DNA of 41,578 bases, from positions 1-41,578 of the forward strand of contig QHSV01000252.1 in assembly GCA_003221655.1 (NCBI GenBank), in the 5' to 3' direction. Position 1 is the first letter of the stretch. Each line of letters starts with the position of its first letter. The notes beneath the pieces are model-generated. The model saw nothing but the letters and a program-made list of their open reading frames with translations, ran no database searches and was not told the origin of the DNA. Both the position numbers and the translations under genes were made by a program. Of the stretch, positions 7,764 through 16,912 are shown in pieces. The DNA is from Candidatus Rokuibacteriota bacterium (GTDB lineage Bacteria; Methylomirabilota; Methylomirabilia; Rokubacteriales; CSP1-6).

Positions 7764-10066
7764 TGCCCGCGACCGGGACGGCCGGATGGATTGGACGTCC
7801 GATGCGGCGTCGGGAAGACCGGGCTCTCGTGACCGGGCGTGGACGTTTCGTCGACGACTTCGCGGTCGCCGGCGTGCTGCACATGGCGCTGACGCGGAGC
7901 CCCCACGCCCACGCGCGCATCCGCTCGCTCGACTCGAGCGCCGCCAGGCGAATGCCGGGGGTCGTCGCGGTCATCACGCCCGAGGATCTCGGCCTGATCG
8001 GGCCGGTGCCGCTCATGCGGCTGGCCCCCGGCACGGTCATCCCCGAGTATCCACTGCTGGCGGCCGGCAGCGTGCGCGCTCAGGGCGTCCCGGTCGCGAC
8101 GGTGGTCGCCGAGTCGTCCTATATTGCAACGGACGCGGCCGAGCGCATCGCGGTCGACTACGAGCCGCTCGGCGGCGTCGCCGACCCGGACGGGGCCCTG
8201 GCGGCTGGAGCGCCGCGGGTGGTCGAGGCGAGTCGCGACAACCGTGCGCTCGCCGTTGCGTGGCGCCACGGCGATCCCGACCGCGCTTTCCGCGAGGCGG
8301 CCCACCACGTGACGCTGACCGTGCAGCAGCAGCGCCTGTGCGGCGTCCCGCTCGAGCCCCGCGGGGCGCTCGCCCGCTGGGACGCGGACACCGGCGAGCT
8401 GACGGTGTGGACCTCGACGCAGGCGCCGTTCAGGATTCGCTCCTCGCTCGCGCGCATGCTCGGGCTCGACGAAGCGCGCGTTCGCGTGATCGCTCCCGAC
8501 GTCGGCGGCGGATTCGGCGTGAAGGGTGGCCCCTACCGGGAAGAGGTCCTCGTCGCCTGGCTCGCGCGCCGGCTCGGGCGGCCGGTGAAGTGGGTCTCGA
8601 CTCGGGCCGAGGACCTGCTCACGACCAACCACGGCCGCGGTGGTCGCTCGACGGGCGAGCTCGCTCTGGACGCCGACGGACGAATCACGGGGCTTCGCGC
8701 CCGGATTCGCCAGCCGTTAGGCTCAAGCCTCGCCGTCACTGTCGGCGGCACGCCCCAGAACCACGGCCGTTGCCTGCCGGGGTCTTACCTCGTCGAGCAC
8801 GTCGACATCGAATCGGTCGGCGTCTTCACGACGACCCCGCCGGTCGGCGCCTACCGGGGCGCGGGCCGGCCCGAGGCCGCGTTCCTGATCGAGCGCCTCG
8901 TGGACGAAGCCGCGCGGTCTCTCCGGCTCGATCCGGTCGAGCTCAGGCGACGCAACCTGATCCCCCGGGAGCGCTTCCCCTTCAAGACCGCCACGGGGCA
9001 GGTCTATGACTCCGGCGACTACGCCGGGCTACTGGACGGCACGCTGGCCACGGCCGGCTACGCGAGTCTCCGGCGGGCCCAGACGGCGCGGCGCGAACAG
9101 GGTGAGGTCGTCGGCGTCGGCGTCGCTGTCTACGTCGAGCCGTCCGGCCTCGGGTGGGAGAGCGGGCTTGTTCGAGTGGAGCAGACCGGTGCCGTGCTCG
9201 CCGTCACGGGCTCGAGCGCTCACGGCCAGGGGCACGAGACCACGTTCGCCCAGATCGTCGCCGACGAGCTCGGTGTCCTGCCGGAAGCGGTGACCGTCCG
9301 TCACGGCGACACGCTCGGCGCGCCTCAGGGCATCGGCACGTTCGGGAGCCGGAGCGTCGCCCTGGGCGGGTCGGCGCTGGCGCTCGCGTCGCGCGATGTG
9401 CGAGAAAAGGCGCGAGGACTCGCCGCGAGCCTCCTGGAGGCCGGCGCGGGCGACGTGGTGGCGGTCGACGGAGGCTTCGGCGTCGTCGGTGCGCCCGGGC
9501 GCGTGGTCAGCTGGGCCCGCGTCGCGGAGTTCGCCTACCGCGGCGCGGGATTCCCGCCCGGCGCCGAGCCCGGGCTCGAGGCGACGCGCTTCTTCAGCCC
9601 CGAGGGGGAGGTCTGGAGCGCGGGCGCCTTCGTCGTGTCGGTGCGTGTCGATCGCGACACGGGAACGGTGACACCCGAGCGCATCGTGTGGGTGGACGAC
9701 GCGGGGACCATCGTGAACCCGCTCCTCGCCGACGGTCAGCTGGAGGGCTCGCTCGCCCAGGGCTGGGGCCAGGTGATGATGGAAGACGCCATGCTGGACC
9801 GGGACGGCCATCTCCTGAGTGGCACGCTCATGGACTACGCGGTCCCGCGGGCAGACGACGTCCCGCACGCCGAGATCGGTCATGCCCACACGCCCTCGCC
9901 GCGCAATCCCCTCGGCGCCAAGGGGATCGGGGAGGCGGGCACGATCGGGATCCCCCCCGCGATGGTGAATGCGGTCGTGGACGCGCTCTCGCCCTTCGGC
10001 GTCACCCATCTCGACATGCCGCTCACGCCCGAGAAGGTCTGGCGGGCGCTCTCGGCGACGCGCTAG
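7760..10066 (+). CDS. Xanthine dehydrogenase-family molybdoenzyme large subunit (form II CoxL-like)
   Basis: RREDRALVTG, RSPHAHA, DVGGGFG, AYRGAGR, HGQGHET, GTFGSRS, GAKGIGE. Confidence 0.92.
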   Translation: MMPATGTAGWIGRPMRRREDRALVTGRGRFVDDFAVAGVLHMALTRSPHAHARIRSLDSSAARRMPGVVAVITPEDLGLIGPVPLMRLAPGTVIPEYPLLAAGSVRAQGVPVATVVAESSYIATDAAERIAVDYEPLGGVADPDGALAAGAPRVVEASRDNRALAVAWRHGDPDRAFREAAHHVTLTVQQQRLCGVPLEPRGALARWDADTGELTVWTSTQAPFRIRSSLARMLGLDEARVRVIAPDVGGGFGVKGGPYREEVLVAWLARRLGRPVKWVSTRAEDLLTTNHGRGGRSTGELALDADGRITGLRARIRQPLGSSLAVTVGGTPQNHGRCLPGSYLVEHVDIESVGVFTTTPPVGAYRGAGRPEAAFLIERLVDEAARSLRLDPVELRRRNLIPRERFPFKTATGQVYDSGDYAGLLDGTLATAGYASLRRAQTARREQGEVVGVGVAVYVEPSGLGWESGLVRVEQTGAVLAVTGSSAHGQGHETTFAQIVADELGVLPEAVTVRHGDTLGAPQGIGTFGSRSVALGGSALALASRDVREKARGLAASLLEAGAGDVVAVDGGFGVVGAPGRVVSWARVAEFAYRGAGFPPGAEPGLEATRFFSPEGEVWSAGAFVVSVRVDRDTGTVTPERIVWVDDAGTIVNPLLADGQLEGSLAQGWGQVMMEDAMLDRDGHLLSGTLMDYAVPRADDVPHAEIGHAHTPSPRNPLGAKGIGEAGTIGIPPAMVNAVVDALSPFGVTHLDMPLTPEKVWRALSATR

Positions 10067-10305
10067 TGTCCCGTCGCAGGACCCATGTTAAGACCTCGTC
10101 GCAGGCGGAGGCGACGGGCGGGGGCGGTAGGGGGCGGCGGGACCACGCGGCACGCGCTCGCTGCTCGGTTGCGGCTGGGCTCCATCCGGGCACATCGCGT
10201 CCGCATCGGACGAGACGGGAACGGATCCCGTCGCCCCCTACCGCCCCCGCCCGTCGCCTCCGGTGGGGCGTGATCGTTAACAGAACTTCGCGGACGGGAC
10301 GCTAG
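10063..10305. mobile_element. MITE-like element, copy 1
   Basis: CTAG at both ends; ends TGTCCCGTC / GACGGGACG form an inverted repeat; internal 37-bp inverted repeat 10106-10142 / 10226-10262; similar inverted copy at 18310-18551. Confidence 0.8.
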
Positions 10306-10554
10306 GAACCGGCCTGGACCGAGTGGCGTCATGCGGTGGCGATCTTCGGCGTTTGCGCGTTCGCGGCGCTGGCGCTCGAGCGGCTCGGCTTCCGGACGAC
10401 GGTCGCCCTGTCGCTCGCGTTTCTCCTGCTCGGAGTTGAGCGCAGAGGCCTGATCTTCAGCACTGTGTTCGCCATCGCCTTCGCCGCCGCCGCCTTTCTT
10501 CTCTTCGACACGTTCCTCCGGGTGCCGCTCCCGCGCGGCCCCTTCGGGATCTGA
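10306..10554 (+). pseudogene. tctB: TctB small membrane subunit, C-terminal half only
   Basis: WTEWRHAVAIF...LERLGF...FDTFLRVPLPRGPFG; the frame is closed upstream by the TAG in the element end; TGATG coupling to tctA. Confidence 0.75.
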
Positions 10555-12086
10555 TGGACGATACGCTGCAGAACCTCGCCCTTGGCTTCTCCATCGCGCT
10601 CTCGCCGGCCATCCTCTGGTATGCCTTCGTCGGCTGCGTCGTGGGAACGCTCGTCGGCGTGCTCCCGGGCGTCGGGCCGCTCGCCGGCATCAGCCTGCTG
10701 CTCCCGGCGACCTTCGGCCTCGATGCGACCCGCGCGATCGTCATGCTCGCCGGCATCTACTACGGCGCCATGTACGGCGGCTCGACGACCTCGATTCTGA
10801 TGCGGATACCGGGCGAGGCCGCCTCGGTCATGACATGCATCGACGGCTACGCGATGGCCCGGAAGGGCCGGGCCGGCGCCGCTCTCGCGATCGCCGCGGT
10901 CGGCTCGTACGTCGCCGGCACCGTGAGCGTGGTCGCCCTGATGCTCCTGGCGCCGCCGCTGGCCTCGTTCGCGCTGCGCTTCGGACCGCCGGAGTACTTC
11001 GCGCTGCTGCTGCTCGGTCTGTTCGTCCTCGCCTACATGAGCAGCGGCTCGATGCTCAAAGCCCTCGCGATGGCCGCGCTCGGCCTTCTCCTCGGCATGA
11101 TCGGCATCGACCAGATGACCGGCTACTTCCGCTTCGCGTACGGCGTGGTCGAGCTGGGCGACGGCATCGGCGTCGTGCCCGTGGCGGTGGGGCTCTTCGG
11201 TCTCGCCGAGATCCTCGCGACGGCCGGGCTCGCGGTGCCGCCGCAGGTCATCAAGCCGACGCTTCGCGAGCTCCTCCCCACGCGCCAGGAATGGCGCGAG
11301 TCCGCCGCGCCCATCGGCCGGGGGACGGTCCTTGGCTTTCTGATCGGCATCGTTCCCGGCTCGGCCCACATCATCTCGAGCTTCGTCTCGTACGCGGTCG
11401 AGCGGAAGCTCGCGAAGCGGCCTCAGGAATTCGGTCAGGGCGCCGTGGCGGGCGTGGCGGGACCCGAATCGGCGAACAACGCGGCGACCTCCGGCGCGTT
11501 CGTGCCGATGCTCGCGCTCGGCGTGCCTTCCGGGCCGATCCCGGCGGTGATGCTTGCGGCGATGATGGTGCACGGCGTCTCGCCGGGCCCGCTCCTGATC
11601 AAGCAGCAGCCCGAGCTGTTCTGGGGCTTCATCGCGTCCATGTACGTCGGCAACGTTGTGCTGTTGATCCTCAACCTGCCGCTCGTGGGCGTGTTCGTGA
11701 ACCTCCTGAGAGTGCCGTATGCGATCCTCTACCCGTCGGTCCTCGCGTTTTGCATCCTGGGCGTCTACGCGGTGAACGGCAGCGTCGTGGACGTGTGGAT
11801 CATGCTCCTGATGGGCGGGCTCGGATACTTCCTCCGGAAGCTCGACTTCGAGACCGCGCCCATCGTGCTGGGCGTTGTTCTGGCGCCGATGCTCGAGATG
11901 GCGCTGCGCCAGTCGCTCGCGATGTCGGATGGCCAGTACTCGATCTTCGTGGCGCGGCCGATCTCCGCCACGCTGCTCGGCGTCGGCCTGATCTTGATAG
12001 CGCTGGGGCTCCAGCCGCTTGTCACGCGGGGGCTCGACTGGCGCGCCCGGCTCGCCCTCGCCGAGAAGGGAGATGAACACCCATGA
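10554..12086 (+). CDS. tctA: Tripartite tricarboxylate transporter large permease
   Basis: GTLVGVLPGVG, IYYGAMYGGS, RIPGE, GPESANNA, LALGVP. Confidence 0.93.
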   Translation: MDDTLQNLALGFSIALSPAILWYAFVGCVVGTLVGVLPGVGPLAGISLLLPATFGLDATRAIVMLAGIYYGAMYGGSTTSILMRIPGEAASVMTCIDGYAMARKGRAGAALAIAAVGSYVAGTVSVVALMLLAPPLASFALRFGPPEYFALLLLGLFVLAYMSSGSMLKALAMAALGLLLGMIGIDQMTGYFRFAYGVVELGDGIGVVPVAVGLFGLAEILATAGLAVPPQVIKPTLRELLPTRQEWRESAAPIGRGTVLGFLIGIVPGSAHIISSFVSYAVERKLAKRPQEFGQGAVAGVAGPESANNAATSGAFVPMLALGVPSGPIPAVMLAAMMVHGVSPGPLLIKQQPELFWGFIASMYVGNVVLLILNLPLVGVFVNLLRVPYAILYPSVLAFCILGVYAVNGSVVDVWIMLLMGGLGYFLRKLDFETAPIVLGVVLAPMLEMALRQSLAMSDGQYSIFVARPISATLLGVGLILIALGLQPLVTRGLDWRARLALAEKGDEHP

Positions 12087-13057
12087 GGCTTTCTCGAGTG
12101 TGCTCGCTCGCGGTGCTCGCCGCCGTGGCGGTGGCGTCGGCCCAGGAGCCGTATCCATCGCGGCCGATCACTATGGTCGCGCCCTTTCCGCCGGGGGGTA
12201 TCGCCGACCTCACCGCGCGGCCGGTGGCTGCTGCCATGGAGAAGGTGCTGAAGAATCCGGTCGGGGTGCTGAACAAGACGGGCGCGGCGGGCGCCGTTGG
12301 GATGCAGTTCGTGGCGACGAGCAAGCCCGACGGCTATACCCTGCTCCTGGCGCTGTCCTCGATCTCGATCATTCCGGAGGCCGACAAGCTCTTCGGGCGG
12401 CCGCCCGCCTTCACCGTGGACCAGTTCGCACCGATCGCGCTCATTTCGGCCGACCCGACGATCCTCGTCGTGCCCGCCGACAAGCCCTGGAAGACGGCGG
12501 CCGAGTTCGTCGAGGACGCGAAGAGACGGCCGGGGCAGATTTCGTACAGCTCCTCGGGGGTGTACGGCACGCTTCACATGGCGATGGAGCTCCTGTCACA
12601 CGCGGCCGGCATCAAGCTGCGCCACGTGCCGTACGCCGGCGGAGGACCGGCCCTGACCGCCGTCCTCGGCGGCCACGTCGACGCGCTCGCCTCGGGCCCG
12701 GCGGTGGTCCTTCCGCACATCAAGGCCGGCAAGCTCCGCGCCCTCGCCGGGTGGGGGGACAAGCGCGTCGTCGCGCTCCCCGAGGTGCCGACGTTCAAGG
12801 AGTTGGGCTTCCCCGACGCCGAGTTCTACATCTGGGCCGGCGTCTTCGCCCCCAAGGGCACCCCGGAGCCCGTGCTCGCGAAGCTCCGGGACGCGCTGCG
12901 CGCGGCCGTCAACGACCCCGACTTCAAGGGGGCGATGGAGAAGATCGAGACTCCGATCGTGTTCAAGCAGGGCGCAGAGTTCGCCCGGTTTTTCGAGGCC
13001 GACGCGGGCCGCCTGGCCGAAGGCGTCCGTAAGGTCGGGCGCATCGAGACGAAGTGA
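12083..13057 (+). CDS. tctC: Tripartite tricarboxylate transporter substrate-binding protein (Bug/TctC)
   Basis: Signal peptide, YPSRPI, PFPPGG, NKTGAAG, PDGYTLL, VPYAGGG, LPEVPT. Confidence 0.92.
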   Translation: MRLSRVCSLAVLAAVAVASAQEPYPSRPITMVAPFPPGGIADLTARPVAAAMEKVLKNPVGVLNKTGAAGAVGMQFVATSKPDGYTLLLALSSISIIPEADKLFGRPPAFTVDQFAPIALISADPTILVVPADKPWKTAAEFVEDAKRRPGQISYSSSGVYGTLHMAMELLSHAAGIKLRHVPYAGGGPALTAVLGGHVDALASGPAVVLPHIKAGKLRALAGWGDKRVVALPEVPTFKELGFPDAEFYIWAGVFAPKGTPEPVLAKLRDALRAAVNDPDFKGAMEKIETPIVFKQGAEFARFFEADAGRLAEGVRKVGRIETK

Positions 13058-13081
13058 CGCCATGGTAAGATTCACTCTGTC

Positions 13082-13630
13082 ATGGCGATTCTGAAGGTCG
13101 CGCGCCTCGGTCATCCGGTGCTGCGGCAGGTCGCCGCGCCGGTCGATCCACGGTCCATTCGCTCGCCCCAGATTCAGCAGCTCATCGACGACATGATCGA
13201 GACGATGCGCGAGTACGACGGCGCCGGCCTGGCGGCGCCCCAGGTGCACACGCTCCAGCAGATCGCTGTCATCGAGGTGCTCGGCAACCCGCGCTACCCG
13301 GATGTGCCCCCGGTTCCCCTGATGGTGCTCGTCAACCCCGTCATCACGCCGCTGACGGACGAGAAGGAACAGGGCTGGGAGGGCTGTCTCTCGGTCCCCG
13401 ACATGCGTGGGATGGTGCCCCGCTACACGGCGGTTCGTCTTCAGTGTCTCGATCGGGAGGGGCAGGTGGTGGACCTCGTCGCGAAGGACTTCTTCGCGCG
13501 GGTCACCCAGCACGAGACCGATCACCTGAACGGGACGGTGTACCTCGACCGCATGCGCGATCTCTCCACCCTCACCCACGTCGCCGAGTGGAACAAGCAC
13601 TGGCTCGGCATCCGTGAGCAGGCCGACTGA
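13082..13630 (+). CDS. def: Peptide deformylase
   Basis: GAGLAAPQ, EGCLS and QHETDHL motifs. Confidence 0.95.
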   Translation: MAILKVARLGHPVLRQVAAPVDPRSIRSPQIQQLIDDMIETMREYDGAGLAAPQVHTLQQIAVIEVLGNPRYPDVPPVPLMVLVNPVITPLTDEKEQGWEGCLSVPDMRGMVPRYTAVRLQCLDREGQVVDLVAKDFFARVTQHETDHLNGTVYLDRMRDLSTLTHVAEWNKHWLGIREQAD

Positions 13631-14015
13631 CCCGCGCGAGGACCGGGGCGGCGGGAGTGGGGGAGGGACCTCCGCCCCGGTCCTCGCGATCGTCAGTGAC
13701 CTGTTTTTTGTCGCTCGTATACGGGAGACGGCCCGGCTCGCCGGGGTGCCCATCGAGTTTGCGAAGACGCCCGAGCAGGTCGCGACGTCGCTCGGCCGTG
13801 TCCCGCGGCTCGTCCTGCTCGATCTAACGGCCGGCTACGACTACGAGCTTGTGTTCGCGACCCTCGACGACGCGCGTCCGCCGGTGCTCGGGTTCACCAC
13901 CCACGCGCTGGCGCGACAGACCCAACCCTGGCACCCGCGGTGCGATCGCGTCGTAACCAAGGAGACGCTCACGCAGGAGCTGCCGCGCCTCCTGAAAGAA
14001 GGAGTCACCGCATGA
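13614..14015 (+). CDS. Atypical CheY-like receiver-fold protein
   Basis: LAIVSDLFF, LVLLDL, VLGFTTH pattern; overlaps both neighbours. Confidence 0.55.
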   Translation: MSRPTDPREDRGGGSGGGTSAPVLAIVSDLFFVARIRETARLAGVPIEFAKTPEQVATSLGRVPRLVLLDLTAGYDYELVFATLDDARPPVLGFTTHALARQTQPWHPRCDRVVTKETLTQELPRLLKEGVTA

Positions 14016-14671
14016 CGGCCGAGGAGTTTGTCGTTCAGCTCGAGGGGGAGAACCAGCGGCGACTGAGCCTGCTGGCGCCTGACGACACCTTGAAGCCGGA
14101 GGTCGAGGGCGACCTGAACGTCCTCAATCTCTTGAAGGTCGCGCTCAAGAACGAAATCGAGGCCACCGAGATCGCGGCGCGCTGGCTCGTCACCACCGAC
14201 GAGGTGGACGTCAAGCTCGCGCTGGCGCGGCAGGTCGGGGACGAGGCCAAGCACTACCGGATGATCGCGGATCGGCTTCGCGGGCTCGGGTTCGACGCGA
14301 AATCGTTCGATCCGCTCGCGAAGGGCTACGGCCCGCTCTTCCAGTACCTGGACACCCTCAAGTCGACGGTCGAGCGCGTCGCCGCCGGCCAGTTCACCCG
14401 CGAGGCGATCGCCGTCGTGAAGAACCGGCAGTTCATCGAATTCTGCGAACACGCCGGCGATCGCGAGACCGCCGCGATGTATCGCGACGTGATCGAGCCG
14501 GACGAGCGCTATCACCACGAGCTGGGCCGGACACTCCTGCTCCGGCTCGCGACGACGCCGGCCGCGCAGGCCGCCGCGTCGGGCGCGGCGCGCACGACGC
14601 TCGAGCTCGCCGACGAGCTCCAGAAGAAGGCGCTCGCGATGGCGGGCATCCACCACGCCCCGGGCTGCTGA
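14012..14671 (+). CDS. Ferritin-like di-iron protein
   Basis: AAGGAG RBS and ATGA overlap; two ExxH motifs (DEAKH, DERYH); ends HHAPGC. Confidence 0.8.
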   Translation: MTAEEFVVQLEGENQRRLSLLAPDDTLKPEVEGDLNVLNLLKVALKNEIEATEIAARWLVTTDEVDVKLALARQVGDEAKHYRMIADRLRGLGFDAKSFDPLAKGYGPLFQYLDTLKSTVERVAAGQFTREAIAVVKNRQFIEFCEHAGDRETAAMYRDVIEPDERYHHELGRTLLLRLATTPAAQAAASGAARTTLELADELQKKALAMAGIHHAPGC

Positions 14672-14707
14672 CGCAGGGCGAGCCGCAGCCGCAGGCGAGG
14701 CGAGTCT

Positions 14708-15535
14708 GTGAAGAAGCTGGACCGGGCGCTTCACGAGTTCAGGGACCTCGTGAAGGGGCCCGCGATCGATCTCGCCGGCGCCGCGCTCGCGGTCGCGCGG
14801 ATCGAGTACCCGGATCTTCCGCCCATGCGCTCGCTGGCCGAGCTCGACGAGCTCGCCGCGCGCTCGGCGGTGTCGACGGCCGGCGGAGGTCGGCGCGCCC
14901 TCGACCGGCTGTGCGACTTCCTGTTCGCCGGGGAGGGGTTTCGCGGCAATGCCGAAGACTACTACGATCCCCGCAACAGCTGCCTCAACGACGTTCTCGA
15001 TCGCCGGCTCGGCATCCCGATCACCCTCGCGGTCGTGATCATGGAAGTCGGGCGGCGGGTCGGGTTGGAGATTTCTGGCATCGGCCTGCCGGGCCATTTC
15101 TGCGTTGGCGCGAGGATCGGCGGCGAGCTGCGGGTCCTCGACCCGTTCGGTGGGGGCCGTGTTCTGGAGCGAGCCGAAGCCGAAGCGGTCGCGTCGCGCG
15201 CCGTCGGGCGCCCCGTGAAGCTCACCGACGAGCACTTCGCCCCGGCGTCGAAGGCTCAAATCGTCGTGCGGATGCTCAGAAATCTCGAGAGTATCTACGC
15301 GCGGCGAGAAGACTGGACCAAGGCCCTCGCCGTGATCGACCGGCTCCTCGTCGTCGACGCTGACGCGCCGACCCATCTGCGCGATCGCGGGACCGTCCTG
15401 ATCAAGCTCGGCGAGCTCCACCGCGGGGCGTCCGAGTGGGAGCGCTATCTCACCCGGTACCCCCAGGCCCGGGACGCCGCGTCGTTCAAGGAGGAGCTGA
15501 GACGGATCCGCCAGACACTGGCGGAGAAGAACTGA
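14708..15535 (+). CDS. SirB1/transglutaminase-like protein with TPR
   Basis: GFRGN-x-x-DYYDPRNS, RRLGIPITL, GLPGHF, RMLRNL, RDRG. Confidence 0.88.
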   Translation: MKKLDRALHEFRDLVKGPAIDLAGAALAVARIEYPDLPPMRSLAELDELAARSAVSTAGGGRRALDRLCDFLFAGEGFRGNAEDYYDPRNSCLNDVLDRRLGIPITLAVVIMEVGRRVGLEISGIGLPGHFCVGARIGGELRVLDPFGGGRVLERAEAEAVASRAVGRPVKLTDEHFAPASKAQIVVRMLRNLESIYARREDWTKALAVIDRLLVVDADAPTHLRDRGTVLIKLGELHRGASEWERYLTRYPQARDAASFKEELRRIRQTLAEKN

Positions 15536-15551
15536 GCGGTACACTGATCGA

Positions 15552-16856
15552 ATGCTGGCGCAAGGCGCCTGGCGAATCGCCTTCCGTTCGGTCGTGTGGC
15601 TCGTCATTTTATCCCTCCTCACCGTCTCCTGCGCCTCACGGAGCGTGGCGCCGATGGGCGCCGCCGGGAAGCACTTCAAGCCGGAGGTCGACGAGCTCAA
15701 TCTCTGGGCTCGGGCCGAGAAGGAGGAGGCGCAGCTCCAGAAGAAGTCCAAACCCTACAACGACCCGCTCCTCGACGAATACCTCGCCAAGATCGGCGAC
15801 AAGCTTACGCCCGACGACGTGCGCGAGGCCGGGGGACCGGGGTTCAAGTTCGAGGTCTTGCGCGACCCGACGCTGAACGCGTTCGCGATGCCCAACGGGC
15901 GGGTCTACATCCACACCGGGCTCCTGGCCCGGCTCGACAATGAGGCGCAGCTGGCGATGATCGTTGGCCACGAGATGACTCACGTGACCCACCGCCACGC
16001 GCTCAGCTTCACGCGCGACGCTCGGAACCAGCAGGTTCCTTTCACCGTCGTGGCGGTCGCCGCCTCGATCGGCGTCGCGGTGGCCGCCGGCTCTCGCGCG
16101 GGGTCGGGAGATTACATCGGCACCACGGTCCTGAGTCCGACCGCGAATGTGCTCCTCGGCCTCGGCCTCCAGCTGGCCGTCATCGCCGCGATCAACGGCT
16201 ACGGGCGCGATCTCGAGCGCGAGGCGGATGCGGGAGGGATGGCGAACCTGGTCCGCGCCGGCTACGACCCGAAGGAGGCGCCGAAGGTGTTCGACCGGCT
16301 GCGGCAGGAGTCCAGGGACCGTGGAAGCCTCGAGACCTTCTTCTTCGGCAGCCATCCCAAGCTCACGGAGCGGGTCGAAACCACCACTGACCTGATCAAG
16401 ACGACCTACGCCGTTGCTGCCGCCGCGCCGGACACCGTGAGGAACACCGACGAGTTCGAGCTGAGGATGCGGACGGTCGTCCGCGAGAACGCGCGTCTCG
16501 ATTTCCAGGCCGGCCGGTTCAAGCTCGCCGAAGAGCAGCTCGACCGCGTGCTCACGATGACCCCGAGGGATCCAGTGGCCCAGCTCTACTACGGCGACCT
16601 CCACCGCCTGCAGTCGCAGCGGGCGCGGGATGCCGCGGACAAGGCCGACAAGGCGCAGAAGGCGCTGAAGCGGTACGAGCGGGCCGCCGAGCTCGATCCG
16701 GCCTTCCCCGATCCGTTCCGCCAGCTGGCGTTCCTCTACTACCAGCAGAAGGACAACGAGCGGGCGAAGACGGCCTTCCAGAAGTATCTGACGCTCAAGC
16801 CCGACGCACCCGACGCTCGCCGCATCAAGGAATATCTGGTCGAGCTCGACCGCTGA
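15552..16856 (+). CDS. M48-family metalloprotease with TPRs, probable lipoprotein
   Basis: LTVSC lipobox-like, NAFAMPNG, GHEMTH, YGRDLEREAD, SHP, C-terminal TPRs. Confidence 0.9.
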   Translation: MLAQGAWRIAFRSVVWLVILSLLTVSCASRSVAPMGAAGKHFKPEVDELNLWARAEKEEAQLQKKSKPYNDPLLDEYLAKIGDKLTPDDVREAGGPGFKFEVLRDPTLNAFAMPNGRVYIHTGLLARLDNEAQLAMIVGHEMTHVTHRHALSFTRDARNQQVPFTVVAVAASIGVAVAAGSRAGSGDYIGTTVLSPTANVLLGLGLQLAVIAAINGYGRDLEREADAGGMANLVRAGYDPKEAPKVFDRLRQESRDRGSLETFFFGSHPKLTERVETTTDLIKTTYAVAAAAPDTVRNTDEFELRMRTVVRENARLDFQAGRFKLAEEQLDRVLTMTPRDPVAQLYYGDLHRLQSQRARDAADKADKAQKALKRYERAAELDPAFPDPFRQLAFLYYQQKDNERAKTAFQKYLTLKPDAPDARRIKEYLVELDR

Positions 16857-16912
16857 CGGTCTCTTGCCGTGATAGGATGTGCCGCCGACCACGCGGGGAA
16901 AGGGGCCGTGTG

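Noticed and set aside
7760-10066. Aerobic CO dehydrogenase
   Set aside because: The active-site loop is AYRGAGR (form II-like), not AYXCSFR, and no coxM/coxS or accessory genes are adjacent.
10063-10332. Short ORFs inside the repeat (10063-10332, 10085-10273, 18225-18530, 18295-18594)
   Set aside because: They are translations of the GC-rich palindrome with no transposase or other recognisable motif.
14660-14710. PGC-TGA at the end of the ferritin-like gene, in frame with the SirB1 gene (possible Sec read-through, GCU motif)
   Set aside because: Read-through gives low-complexity RRASRSRRRGES, there is no convincing SECIS hairpin, and both proteins look complete separately.
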